DNA from: a virus
Lineage: Duplodnaviria; Caudoviricetes
IMG/VR virus record: IMGVR_UViG_3300009503_000039
Coordinates: 1-55,401 of that record
Length of the DNA stretch: 55,401 nt
Strand: one strand, 5' to 3'
Every line of letters begins with the position of its first letter. Within the stretch, counting starts at the first letter, position 1. Position numbers and translations under genes: made by a program. This document shows, piece after piece, positions 45,460 to 55,401 of the stretch. The notes below the pieces were generated by a model, which saw nothing but the letters and a program-made list of their open reading frames with translations, did no database searches and had not been told where the DNA came from.

Positions 45460-46392
45460 ATGGCTATAAGAACTGCTTCAGATATAGTGAAAGATGTTTT
45501 TTATAATATACCATATAGAAAAATTAGACTAGGTATTATTACTAGAGGATTATACCAAAGTATTCCTAGAACAAAACAAAAAATATTAACTCAAGATAAA
45601 AATTCAGATAAATATAAAAAGTATTATGTTGATGTAGCTTGGATTGATGGAATATCTCACAAAGAATCGAAAGATTCATATGAAAGAGTAGAAGTAACTG
45701 CTTTAGGATATGGAATTTGTTATACAAATAAGAATTCTGGAGAACTAGTAGAATTAGATGAAGCGACAAGAGAAAATTGTTATGCGAACCCCTGGGGTAT
45801 TCAAATTGGTTTAGATAAAGGAACTTTAGTTTTGTGCGGAATTAGAAATAATAATACTGCAGTGATTTTGAGCTGTATAATACCGATGATAGAACTTAGT
45901 AAATTTTTAGATCCAACTTTAAATGAACAATGGACTGGTACAGCAGAAAATAATTTACAAAAAATAGGAAATCCTGAGAAAATTTCGAAATCAGAATTGC
46001 AACCGGGAGATGTTAAATTAAGAAGTAAAAAAGGTTCTTCAGTAATTTTAAATGATAAAGCAACAATATGCAGTAAATTTTTAAAAGGTCAAAAAGAGTT
46101 TCCCGACACTTTACAACTAAGAGTAGATGGAACTACTTTAAAAACACATAAATTAGAAATAATTGTAGCTAATGATGATTTGGCGAATGATGAGAAAGCT
46201 AAGATTACAATCGATAAAGATGGAAATGTAATAATTAAAACAAATGGTGAAATTAGATTAGGTGAAAATGCAACAAATAAAGTAGTAACAGTTTCACCTA
46301 GCCAAGAAGCGCTGTGGGGAACTTATATGTCACAATCAGGTACTCCATTGTCAAGTGTATTATCTACATCATCTAAATCAAAGGCAGAGTAA
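45460..46392 (+). CDS. Baseplate spike (gpV/gp5-like)
   Basis: OB-like N-terminus; LQPGDVKLRS..GS; ITIDKDGNVII beta-repeat. Confidence 0.65.
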   Translation: MAIRTASDIVKDVFYNIPYRKIRLGIITRGLYQSIPRTKQKILTQDKNSDKYKKYYVDVAWIDGISHKESKDSYERVEVTALGYGICYTNKNSGELVELDEATRENCYANPWGIQIGLDKGTLVLCGIRNNNTAVILSCIIPMIELSKFLDPTLNEQWTGTAENNLQKIGNPEKISKSELQPGDVKLRSKKGSSVILNDKATICSKFLKGQKEFPDTLQLRVDGTTLKTHKLEIIVANDDLANDEKAKITIDKDGNVIIKTNGEIRLGENATNKVVTVSPSQEALWGTYMSQSGTPLSSVLSTSSKSKAE

Positions 46393-46393
46393 A

Positions 46394-46831
46394 ATGGATA
46401 TAATGTTAGCAGAAAAAACAACTGACTCATACAATATAGTATCAGATAAATATAATGATATTTTTTATGATGAATTAGGAAAAATTAAAACTGTATCAAA
46501 TGAAAGATTTGTCGAACAGCAAACTAAAAAATTTTTACTTACTGAAAGAGGAACAGACAAACTGCATCCTTGGTATGGTACTACTATTCCAATTATGGTA
46601 GGAACCCCTATAGAAGATCTAGAAACTATGGCTACATTAAGAAGTGAAATAGAAACTGCTTTGCAGTATTTGGTTGCAATGTTTAAAGATAAGACGAATA
46701 AATACGAAAAAATATCATCATACAGAAATTTTACAATATATCAAAATGAAAATGATCTTACAAAATATTATGTTTATTTCGATTTAGCTACTGAGGCTGG
46801 AACTTTAAGTGCTATAAGTATGGAATTATAA
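46394..46831 (+). CDS. Baseplate wedge gp25/W-like protein (start moved to ATG 46394)
   Basis: KFLLTERGTDKLHPWYGT. Confidence 0.8.
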   Translation: MDIMLAEKTTDSYNIVSDKYNDIFYDELGKIKTVSNERFVEQQTKKFLLTERGTDKLHPWYGTTIPIMVGTPIEDLETMATLRSEIETALQYLVAMFKDKTNKYEKISSYRNFTIYQNENDLTKYYVYFDLATEAGTLSAISMEL

Positions 46832-46847
46832 AAAACAGGAGTTTAAA

Positions 46848-48257
46848 ATGGCTATATCTCAAAACGATATACTACAATCTTTAATAAATATTTTAAAGTC
46901 TAAAAATGCGAATATCGATACAGAAGAAACTGTTATTAATGATATTTTAGAAACTGTAGCGGGAGAAGTAAAAACGATTTATGATTTTGTAGATCATACT
47001 GCTATACTTAATAGTTTAAAATATGCTTCTATTATGACGAAAGATGAGTTAGATAATTTTGCAGCTAATTTTGGTTTTTCGAGAAAAACAGCTACAAAAG
47101 CATCAGGAACTGTAGTATTTTACAGAAACACTAATTTGGGAGCTACAGAAACTATTGAAATACCGGCTGGATTCAAAGTTTCTACTGCAACAACTACAAA
47201 AATTAATTTTATAACTACAGAGTCTAAAAGTCTAACGGGAGCAGATCTTAATTCTTATTACTCTCAAGAGAATTTAAGATATGAAATTCCTGTATCTGTA
47301 GAAGCTGAATTGGCCGGAACTAGTAGTAATGTTGGAGCACATACAATATCAGCAATGGAATCATCAATTACTAATATAGATGGTGTAGATAATTTAGTAT
47401 CTATAAGTAATGGAACAGATGATGAAACAAATGAAAGGTTTGCTACTAGATTATTAGGTGTTTTGAGCGGAAATAATGTAGGTACAAAAGATGGATATAA
47501 ATCTCTAGTTGAATCTCAACCTAATGTAATTTCCGCTTATGTAGCTACTGCTGATGATCCATTTATGTTAAGAGATGCAAATTTTGGTGGTAAAGTAGAT
47601 ATTTATATTCAAGGACAAGATTTAGTTAGTTATTCTGATAGTTTTACTTATGAAGGTCAAAACTATTTTGTTTTAACTAAACAACCTGTAAATAAAGTTA
47701 GTTCAGTAATTGGGGCATATGGAGGAAATTTAACTTATACATTTTTGACTCCTAATGATTATGTTTTAACAAAAGATACAACTTCAGTATATGCCGGAAG
47801 CATAAATGCTCAATCTAGAATTACTTGGGTTGCTGGAGGAGCAAAACCAAATAATAATGGAAATGTGATAGTAAATTATATTTATAATGCATTACCAGAA
47901 ACTATTCAAAATTTAATAAATCAAGACTCAAATCACATAGTAAATGCTGATATTTTAGTAAAAGAAGCAACTCCTATTGAAATAGATGTAGCAGCAACTA
48001 TAGCAGTAAAACCAGGATACAACAAATCTACAGTTATTGAGGATGTGAAAACTGCAGTTTCTGTAGCCTTAAATAACTATGGATGCGGACAAAATGTAGA
48101 ACAAAGTGATATTTTAAATGTAATGTATGTTGATGGTGTAGATAGAATAGATTTACCCTTATCTAAGTTTTGTAAATCTGGAGAAAATACAGTAGAGAAT
48201 ATTATAGAAATTGAAGGATTACAATACGCCGTAGCAGGAACTATAGCAATTGGTTAA
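46848..48257 (+). CDS. Baseplate J-like wedge protein
   Basis: LDNFAANFG.SRK.ATKASGTV.F, AGTSSNV, NGTDDETNE, GGKVDIYI. Confidence 0.9.
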   Translation: MAISQNDILQSLINILKSKNANIDTEETVINDILETVAGEVKTIYDFVDHTAILNSLKYASIMTKDELDNFAANFGFSRKTATKASGTVVFYRNTNLGATETIEIPAGFKVSTATTTKINFITTESKSLTGADLNSYYSQENLRYEIPVSVEAELAGTSSNVGAHTISAMESSITNIDGVDNLVSISNGTDDETNERFATRLLGVLSGNNVGTKDGYKSLVESQPNVISAYVATADDPFMLRDANFGGKVDIYIQGQDLVSYSDSFTYEGQNYFVLTKQPVNKVSSVIGAYGGNLTYTFLTPNDYVLTKDTTSVYAGSINAQSRITWVAGGAKPNNNGNVIVNYIYNALPETIQNLINQDSNHIVNADILVKEATPIEIDVAATIAVKPGYNKSTVIEDVKTAVSVALNNYGCGQNVEQSDILNVMYVDGVDRIDLPLSKFCKSGENTVENIIEIEGLQYAVAGTIAIG

Positions 48258-48367
48258 GAATTAAGTTTTAGGATATAGCCTAGTATTCCCCAGTTGAGGC
48301 AGGAGGACGCGAGTTGAATAATTTTATAATTTCTATATACTAATTACAAGGATGGCTATAAACTCAC

Positions 48368-51286
48368 ATGACGCATTTTATTACTTATGAAACAAAATTT
48401 GATTCTTTACACTACGCTAATCAAAATAAATTTTTATTAGATAGCGATAACATACTTCATGCTTTTTATGTAACACATGATAATAAGTTGTGCAGATCAT
48501 CTAAAATATTCGGTTCATGCTGGACCGATGCAATTGATTTGTGTCCTGGATTATCAGCATCAAGTTGTTCTGCAGATATAGATAATGATAATAAAATACA
48601 CATTGCTTTTACAACATTATATGGTTCGAGTTTATGTTATTTAGTAGGTTCTACATATTTATGGAATTTATCTATATTAGATAGATGTGATGAAGATAGC
48701 ATACCCGATATTTGTTTGACTGATACAGACGAATATCACATTGCTTATAAGAAAGATGGAAAAATATATAGTTATCATAATATAGATGGAACTACTTCTA
48801 TAAATTTAGTAAGCATGAATGAAGGAATGACATTAACTGCAAATTATCCTGATATAGAACCAATAGATAATAATATTCATTGTGTATGGACAGAAAGTGA
48901 TGGACAAATTAATTATAGAAAAGCAACTATAGATGAACTTACAAAAAAATGTAATTGGATTGGAGGAGCGGAAAGTTTAACAAATTCAAAAATATTTCCA
49001 ATAGCACCGTCTTTAGATTCAACTAAAAATAATACTTTACAACTATCAGTGCCTGGATTATCTAAATTAGAAGTTGGAATAGATACTTATGAGGATTGGT
49101 CTAATAATATTGAAAATTATCATGTTGATATTGATTCATCACCCGGATATGCTAAGTTAGTAGATGGGGAAACTTTTGGCTATATCATTAATGAATTAGC
49201 TTTAAATTTTGTTCCAATAAATCCGGGGGAATTCATCGGTGATCAAGGACGTTTTGTTTCTGGACTGAGTCAAACAATTACAGCTTTAAATATTGCGTAT
49301 AGTATTACAGATGGTACTACAATAACTGCATTAACAGAAAGAATGGGATTAAGTGGAAGTATTTTACCAAGTCAGGCAAACTTTGTTAGATTAAGAATAT
49401 CTTCTACGGCAGAAGATGGATTATCAATATCAAATTTATCTATAGGGGAAAGGGAGAATAATACTCGCAATGTTTCAGGAAATTTAAGTTATTTTACATT
49501 TAATGGAGCTAGAAGTGTTATTTTAGGCCCGTCTCAATCCGTTTGGACAGATTGGATTCCTTATAATATAGATCCAAATAAAAATTATTTTATAACTTAT
49601 TTTGCTGCTGGCGGATTAAGACCATCAACAGATGGAACAACATTGACTTTAATAAATGGAAGATATTATCCAAATGAACCAACACAAGGATATGATTATT
49701 CAAATTATTTGAGTTGGAGTAAACCAAATGAGAATGGAATTATAATTATTGATAAAAGTATTCCTATTGGTACAGGATTAACTCATTCTATTGTATATAG
49801 TAATAATGGTATAACAGAGGCTACATCATGGTCAGATATTGACAATAACTCAACTATTTTAGGAAATTATAATTACATTAAATTGCAATCAGGTTTTTCT
49901 ATAACAACATTAACAGAAACTCCTGTATTATCTAAAATCACATTTAAATATCCTCAAAAAGACTATATTATCGATTCTCAAAGTGAATGGAATGAAGGAA
50001 CTTTCATCAATACTGAATCGGAAAGTAGTCCTGGAGATGTGAAACATAATTTAGGATGGACTGCAATTTATAATGCTGCAGTTTTTCCAGAATCCGCTTC
50101 TCCAGCTTGGTCTTTAGAATTAGGACTAAATGCGGTAATAGATGTTAAGGAAATTATAGATAATCGATATTTACACTTTAAATTTCATACAACTGAAGTT
50201 TTTAGTAGCTATTGCTATTATATTCGATCAAATATTTTTCAAAGCAATACCAATGGAAATACTGTAGAAATTAAAACAAAAATAGTTTCTGGAGGCGCCT
50301 ATCTTTGTTTGTATTTTGCTGATGGTACTAGAGAAGTTTATGTAAGATTTTATAACGATTATATTCGAGCTGGATATGCAAATTATTATATGGATACTAC
50401 TGATGATTATCATATATATAGAATTACTCAAAAAGGAACAGAAGTTAAGGTTTATGTAGATAATATATTAAGAATAACAACAACAAATGACTCAGCTTAT
50501 TTAAATCGTCATCAATTATGGTGGTTAGGAACATATGATGGAGCAAGAGAAGGATTAACTTATGAATGGTATGTAGAATATGTAAAATATTTTAGGGGTA
50601 TATTAATTCCTCCAGAACCTACATTAACAATGGGAACATATACAACAAAATGGATTCCTCTTTCACTCCATCCTACGGGTTTTGCTTATGACGGTAAATG
50701 GCAGGTTGTAGATAGAATGCAAATTAGAACTCCATCTTTTATAACATATGATATTAAGTATAATACTGAAGATAATTATGAAACAGCAAGTGATTGGAAT
50801 ACGATTTCATCTGGATCAAGAGTAGAACCTTATCGTTATAATTGGATTAGAGTAATTTTTGCAAATTCTACTAAAGAAATGATTGATAAGTATTCTATAA
50901 CATATTTTCAAGATTTTAATAGAATTTATTGGAATAAAAATTTTAATGATAGTTGGAATCCAACATTTTCAGAACTAATTAAGACAACCCAGGATATAGA
51001 TTCTTTAACAACAGTAGCAGGACAAACTGAAAGTTATATTGGTTATATAGAAGGAGGGAAAGCAAAACTTTTGGAATGTTTTGATGGATCTACTAATCTA
51101 TTGAGTTTAACAACAACTGGTTTTGATACTGGTATTACAGCCTGTAGGAATATAAACGATGGAAACATAAAATATCTTACAGTTCAAGGATATCCAGCTA
51201 TAAGCACAAAATTCGCTTTAATAGAAGATTCAAAAAAAGTAATAGATGTTGAATTACCAGATACTCCTAATTTACAAGGATTATAA
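48368..51286 (+). CDS. Large modular tail/baseplate appendage protein: propeller-like repeats plus beta-sandwich modules
   Basis: Repeats LDSDNILHAFY, IDNDNKIHIAF, NNIHCVWTE; lectin-like YHIYRIT..G..VKVYVD. Confidence 0.7.
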   Translation: MTHFITYETKFDSLHYANQNKFLLDSDNILHAFYVTHDNKLCRSSKIFGSCWTDAIDLCPGLSASSCSADIDNDNKIHIAFTTLYGSSLCYLVGSTYLWNLSILDRCDEDSIPDICLTDTDEYHIAYKKDGKIYSYHNIDGTTSINLVSMNEGMTLTANYPDIEPIDNNIHCVWTESDGQINYRKATIDELTKKCNWIGGAESLTNSKIFPIAPSLDSTKNNTLQLSVPGLSKLEVGIDTYEDWSNNIENYHVDIDSSPGYAKLVDGETFGYIINELALNFVPINPGEFIGDQGRFVSGLSQTITALNIAYSITDGTTITALTERMGLSGSILPSQANFVRLRISSTAEDGLSISNLSIGERENNTRNVSGNLSYFTFNGARSVILGPSQSVWTDWIPYNIDPNKNYFITYFAAGGLRPSTDGTTLTLINGRYYPNEPTQGYDYSNYLSWSKPNENGIIIIDKSIPIGTGLTHSIVYSNNGITEATSWSDIDNNSTILGNYNYIKLQSGFSITTLTETPVLSKITFKYPQKDYIIDSQSEWNEGTFINTESESSPGDVKHNLGWTAIYNAAVFPESASPAWSLELGLNAVIDVKEIIDNRYLHFKFHTTEVFSSYCYYIRSNIFQSNTNGNTVEIKTKIVSGGAYLCLYFADGTREVYVRFYNDYIRAGYANYYMDTTDDYHIYRITQKGTEVKVYVDNILRITTTNDSAYLNRHQLWWLGTYDGAREGLTYEWYVEYVKYFRGILIPPEPTLTMGTYTTKWIPLSLHPTGFAYDGKWQVVDRMQIRTPSFITYDIKYNTEDNYETASDWNTISSGSRVEPYRYNWIRVIFANSTKEMIDKYSITYFQDFNRIYWNKNFNDSWNPTFSELIKTTQDIDSLTTVAGQTESYIGYIEGGKAKLLECFDGSTNLLSLTTTGFDTGITACRNINDGNIKYLTVQGYPAISTKFALIEDSKKVIDVELPDTPNLQGL

Positions 51287-51289
51287 ACT

Positions 51290-54200
51290 ATGATAGTTTT
51301 ACAATGGAATCAAATTAATGATATATCAAAATATTTTATCTATCGTTCTGACTATCCTGAAAAAGAATTTGAGAAAATAGGTGAAGCTAAGTATTTTGAT
51401 ACAATCTACATAGATGAAAATGTAGAAAAGGATAGATATTATTATTACTACATTGTAGCTGTTAAAAATGGTGTAATGAGTAATAATTCCAATATCGTCA
51501 AAATGATAGATAATAGTAATTTGCCTGATTTGTGTGTAAGAGGAGAATTTTATAATAAATTTTATTATAATTTAATTAATGAACTTCCAAGTATATACAA
51601 TAAAGAAACTAATGTTGTACCATACTCTCCTAGTAAAAAAACTTTAATTTTATTTTCCGATACCGCTGATGGACTAACTGAAATCTATCTAAATAATAGA
51701 TTACAGTCTACAATAAGATATAATGGAGATGGTAATTATGTTTATACGAAAGCCAAGTTATCTTATGGTGAAAATATTATAGAACTTAAGAAAAATAGAC
51801 AGACTATAAAAACTTGTTATATTAGAACTTCTAATTTAAATTTATGGTTAGAAGCTTTTTCAAAAATATTAGTAGATTTAGATGAACAAGTTTTATTAAT
51901 GAAAGCTGATAAATTTATAGATCAAGCAAGATACAGTAAGATTTATGATAATTTTGGTCATTTAGTAAATGTTACTCAACAATTTAATTGGACTAACTTT
52001 AGATACAAAGAGGTAATAAAGGGATTATTACAAAGTTATTTGAAAGGTTCCACAGCTGAAGGAATTAAAAAAACAATTCAAATTTTAACTGGAAAAGAAC
52101 CTGATATTGTAGAAAACTATTTAAGTAACGAATTAGATAAAGCAAAAGAAGAAAATGATATTGAAATAATAAATCCTGGTTTTACTGATGAACAAGAGTT
52201 TAATGGATGGAGTTGTAGTAGAGAAGCGGATGTTGATGTAAAGGATTATGTAGATTTTGCAAACAGTATTTCAAAAGATAATGTAGATTTAGAAACAGAT
52301 CCTGGAAAAGTAATGTTACAAAAAGAACTTTTATTAAAAGATACATTTGATACTACTTTAGATAATTGGAATCTGATTGGTAGTAAAAGTGGATGTTTAA
52401 CTATTAGTGATAATAAAGTTGTAGTTAGTGAAACTGTAGCAGAAACTACGCTTGAATGGGGAAATCCTGCATTATATTCTAAGCAAGCATTTAATCTTTA
52501 TAAATATCCAATAATCTTAGACATGGTTGTAAAGCAAACATCCGGAATATGTATTTATGGTATAAGTACTTCAAATACTGGTGGACCATCAGCATACCAG
52601 AATATTGCATTTGGTTTTTATTTTAGTTCAAGTGAAGATGGATATAAAATTAAAATTAAAGAATTTAAAAAACCGTATAACCTTATAGAAACTGGCTATA
52701 CTTGGAGTCCTGGAAAATATTATCAATTAAGAATCGAAACCTTGTTTAATGATAATAGTAATGTTGGGCAAAATGGAGCAATATATAGATTAAGATCAGC
52801 TGTAACAAAATCGGAACTAAATGGACAACCTTGGACATTAGTGTATACTACAACAAGTTATGGAAATTTAACATCTGATTATAATGTTTATATTACTCCT
52901 GTGTTCGAGTATAGTGCTCCAACAGAAGTTGACGATGTATACGTCTATAAAGCAAATTCGTATTTATATTCCTCAGTAATTATAGATAGTCAAAATGACT
53001 GGCAAAGTTCTACAGGAAATATAGAAAGAGTATCTTCTTCGAATATAGATTTTATAACAAACTCAGGAAAGATACAGTTAAATAAAACAACACCAGAAAA
53101 TAAGGCAGCTCCTTCTTATGGAGGAATTTGTCAAAAATATGAGAGAGGGAATGTTGAAACTAGTTATGCTGCTTTTGATGGTTCTCTTTCTACATGGGTT
53201 GAATTTCCATATACCAGAAACTATGATCCGGGTTTTAAAGCAGATGATATAGGAGTGGGTCGGGGGGTGCAAAGAATTTGGTTAATAAAAAGATTTGTAT
53301 CTGGTGTTACAATTAATTGTAATTTAAGAGTTTATTGGCAACAAGAGTTAAATATAAAACCTTATGTTTATTTTTTAGATGACAATGATAATTGGAGATT
53401 TATTTGTAGTGGTGATACAATAACAACCGCTGGAATATATTATTGGTGGAATGACGAAAATAAAATACGATCTATAACTTTTCCCTCTAAGTATACTAAA
53501 GGAATAAGAGTTGATTTTATAGTAGTAGAACCTTTACATGGCGGTAGTAATACACTTAAAGTAAACGAAGTATCTATTATTGCCTGTGAATATTATTCAC
53601 TGGGATCTGTAATTTACAAATTAACTCAACCTCAAACTATTAGTTCAGATGATGTAGGTTATTTCGAAAAATCAGACACTTCTAACGGGGAAGTTGTTGA
53701 GTATTCAATACGGTATTCTAATGATCCTGATAAATCTTGGGGTTCAAATTCCCCAGATTTTAATGATGGTAACTTTACATCAGTATCATTTCCTTTTTAC
53801 CATCTTGAGGCTGCTCAATATGCACAATTAAAGATTGAATTATTTTCTTATAATGGAGATACTCCAGTTATTGATATGATAAAAATTGGTTATTTTAGAA
53901 AAGGTAATATTACTAATAGACTATCATTAGATTTAGTACCTGTCACAATAGGAAAATTTTCTTATAGTTTAGCAGAAGAACCAATAAATACTATTGTTAC
54001 ATTTTTACATAGATATTCTGATGATAACGTTAATTATTCACCAAGTAATGGTGAATCTATTGAAAATCTTTCTAATTTAACACCTCATAGATATCATGAA
54101 ATAACAGCAATTTTAAGAACTGAAAATGTTAAAAAAACTCCGATATTAGATAGTTATTCTATTCATTATGATCCCTCTACTTTTAATAATGAAGGAATTT

Positions 54201-55401
54201 ATCTTGATTCTGACGGTGCATTGACAAATAATTCCGCTAGAATAACAGAATATGGATTCAATAAGACTTTATATCAAAAATTAGAAGTAGAACAAAATAC
54301 TCCATATGAACTTTCAGCTTTTATAAAATCAGATATAGATGAAGATAACAATGCAAAATTGATTGTAAGGCATGCTGATAAAGATTATATTCTTGCTCAG
54401 AAAACAATTACAGCTTCTGCAGACTGGGTAAGATATAGATTACCTTTTATGATATTTGAACCTATGACAATTAAAATTGAATTAGCTAAAAATACTTCTA
54501 CAGAAGGAAGTGTATGGTTTGATGATATAAGAATAGATAGACACGAGTATATGTTTAATTCCAATGCGCAAATTCTTATTTATAACAGTGAAGTTTATGT
54601 AAATGATGAGGTTGTTCTAAAAGGTCCGGAATTTGGTACTGATAGTTTAGCTAATCAATATATTTTTCCAGTTTTTGATAAGTCTGGTATTCAGAAAATT
54701 AGAGATGAAGATGGAAATATCTATCAAGAAAATGTAGACTTTACAGTTGATTATGATGAAGGAAAAATTACTTGGTATGTTTTAAGTCAAACCGCAACAG
54801 AAATATTAGATCAAGATTTTAATGAAGTTCATCGAACATCTCAATATGATTTATTATCTACTATAAGTAATTTTGAAAAATTAGCTCAAAGTTTTAAAGT
54901 ATCAAATAATGGTAGATGTGGTAAAGTAAAATTATATCTTAAAAGAAATGGTTCATTTACTGGTTCTGTATATATTACTATTAATGAAGATGATAATGGA
55001 CATCCAGGAACTATTTTAGCAACTTCTAAAGATGTAAATTGTATGAATATTAGTGTCTCTAATTGGGATTGGATAGAGTTTTCTTTTGACTCTTCTAATA
55101 TGCCAATATTAACTACAGAAAAAATATACTATCTAGTTTTAAATGGAACTTATACAATATCTTCATCAAATTATATATTATGGGGAATTGCTACAGGTTC
55201 TTCTGGAAGTTATGCTAATGGATATCTTGAAAGTTATAGTAATAATTCTTGGACTATTGAATCTGGTTATGATGGTATTTTTAAAGTTTATTCATATGCC
55301 GATCTTTTAGGAACTCAACCTGAAACTGGAAAAATGTATTATGTAACATATTCATACATTCCAAAAGATTTTTATCAAAATGTTTTAGATAAAGTAAAAC
55401 C
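51290..55401 (+). CDS. Giant baseplate wedge (gpI-like) protein with inserted adhesin-like domains, at least 1370 aa, 3'-truncated; absent from the ORF track
   Basis: ATG 51290; same frame confirmed at several spot checks and at the end (..VLDKVKP); N-terminal FN3-like; IYDNFG...RY...KGSTAEGIK..I..LTG; CBM4/9-like segment. Confidence 0.8.
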   Translation, partial: MIVLQWNQINDISKYFIYRSDYPEKEFEKIGEAKYFDTIYIDENVEKDRYYYYYIVAVKNGVMSNNSNIVKMIDNSNLPDLCVRGEFYNKFYYNLINELPSIYNKETNVVPYSPSKKTLILFSDTADGLTEIYLNNRLQSTIRYNGDGNYVYTKAKLSYGENIIELKKNRQTIKTCYIRTSNLNLWLEAFSKILVDLDEQVLLMKADKFIDQARYSKIYDNFGHLVNVTQQFNWTNFRYKEVIKGLLQSYLKGSTAEGIKKTIQILTGKEPDIVENYLSNELDKAKEENDIEIINPGFTDEQEFNGWSCSREADVDVKDYVDFANSISKDNVDLETDPGKVMLQKELLLKDTFDTTLDNWNLIGSKSGCLTISDNKVVVSETVAETTLEWGNPALYSKQAFNLYKYPIILDMVVKQTSGICIYGISTSNTGGPSAYQNIAFGFYFSSSEDGYKIKIKEFKKPYNLIETGYTWSPGKYYQLRIETLFNDNSNVGQNGAIYRLRSAVTKSELNGQPWTLVYTTTSYGNLTSDYNVYITPVFEYSAPTEVDDVYVYKANSYLYSSVIIDSQNDWQSSTGNIERVSSSNIDFITNSGKIQLNKTTPENKAAPSYGGICQKYERGNVETSYAAFDGSLSTWVEFPYTRNYDPGFKADDIGVGRGVQRIWLIKRFVSGVTINCNLRVYWQQELNIKPYVYFLDDNDNWRFICSGDTITTAGIYYWWNDENKIRSITFPSKYTKGIRVDFIVVEPLHGGSNTLKVNEVSIIACEYYSLGSVIYKLTQPQTISSDDVGYFEKSDTSNGEVVEYSIRYSNDPDKSWGSNSPDFNDGNFTSVSFPFYHLEAAQYAQLKIELFSYNGDTPVIDMIKIGYFRKGNITNRLSLDLVPVTIGKFSYSLAEEPINTIVTFLHRYSDDNVNYSPSNGESIENLSNLTPHRYHEITAILRTENVKKTPILDSYSIHYDPSTFNNEGIYLDSDGALTNNSARITEYGFNKTLYQKLEVEQNTPYELSAFIKSDIDEDNNAKLIVRHADKDYILAQKTITASADWVRYRLPFMIFEPMTIKIELAKNTSTEGSVWFDDIRIDRHEYMFNSNAQILIYNSEVYVNDEVVLKGPEFGTDSLANQYIFPVFDKSGIQKIRDEDGNIYQENVDFTVDYDEGKITWYVLSQTATEILDQDFNEVHRTSQYDLLSTISNFEKLAQSFKVSNNGRCGKVKLYLKRNGSFTGSVYITINEDDNGHPGTILATSKDVNCMNISVSNWDWIEFSFDSSNMPILTTEKIYYLVLNGTYTISSSNYILWGIATGSSGSYANGYLESYSNNSWTIESGYDGIFKVYSYADLLGTQPETGKMYYVTYSYIPKDFYQNVLDKVK

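Noticed and set aside
37377-48257. Extracellular contractile injection system or tailocin (sheath, tube, baseplate plus AAA+ ATPase)
   Set aside because: Terminase, portal, protease and capsid genes are present, so this is a phage morphogenesis region
890-53272. All minus-strand ORFs in the track (e.g. 18861..19370, 24855..25238, 41376..41708, 53078..53272)
   Set aside because: They lie antisense to well-supported + strand genes or promoter repeats, have F/S/I/L-rich shadow composition and show no motifs
1-55401. Genome-wide TAG reassignment (genetic code 15)
   Set aside because: Long genes are intact under code 11 and several end at TAG directly before the next gene's RBS (e.g. 5647, 6400, 45450); only the portal has an internal TAG
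1-55401. tRNA, rRNA, integrase, reverse transcriptase/DGR
   Set aside because: None recognised by eye; tRNAscan-SE and HMM searches would be needed to exclude them formally

Overview
A 55.4-kb, AT-rich fragment of a large myovirus-like tailed phage (Caudoviricetes). Every credible gene is on the + strand. Gene order: putative internal head proteins (one with a HEXXH motif plus a MuF-like C-terminus); a promoter-led cluster of small accessory genes including a DUF1874/AcrIII-1-like anti-CRISPR ring nuclease; terminase large subunit; a second accessory cassette behind a near-identical promoter; portal (one in-frame TAG); a TnpB relic; an AAA+ ATPase in frame with the next ORF across one TAA; a ~63-bp-period non-coding array; prohead protease/scaffold with a mini-intein; capsid decoration protein; a major capsid gene split by three group I introns, which the ORF track misses as one gene; holin, fibre/LamG, neck and cold-shock genes; tail sheath, tube, frameshifted chaperone, tape measure and baseplate; and two large modular baseplate/adhesin-like genes, the last running off the window. 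A bacterial host is suggested by the TGnTATAAT promoters, Csp, holin and group I introns. All family calls come from motif recognition by eye; no database search was run.
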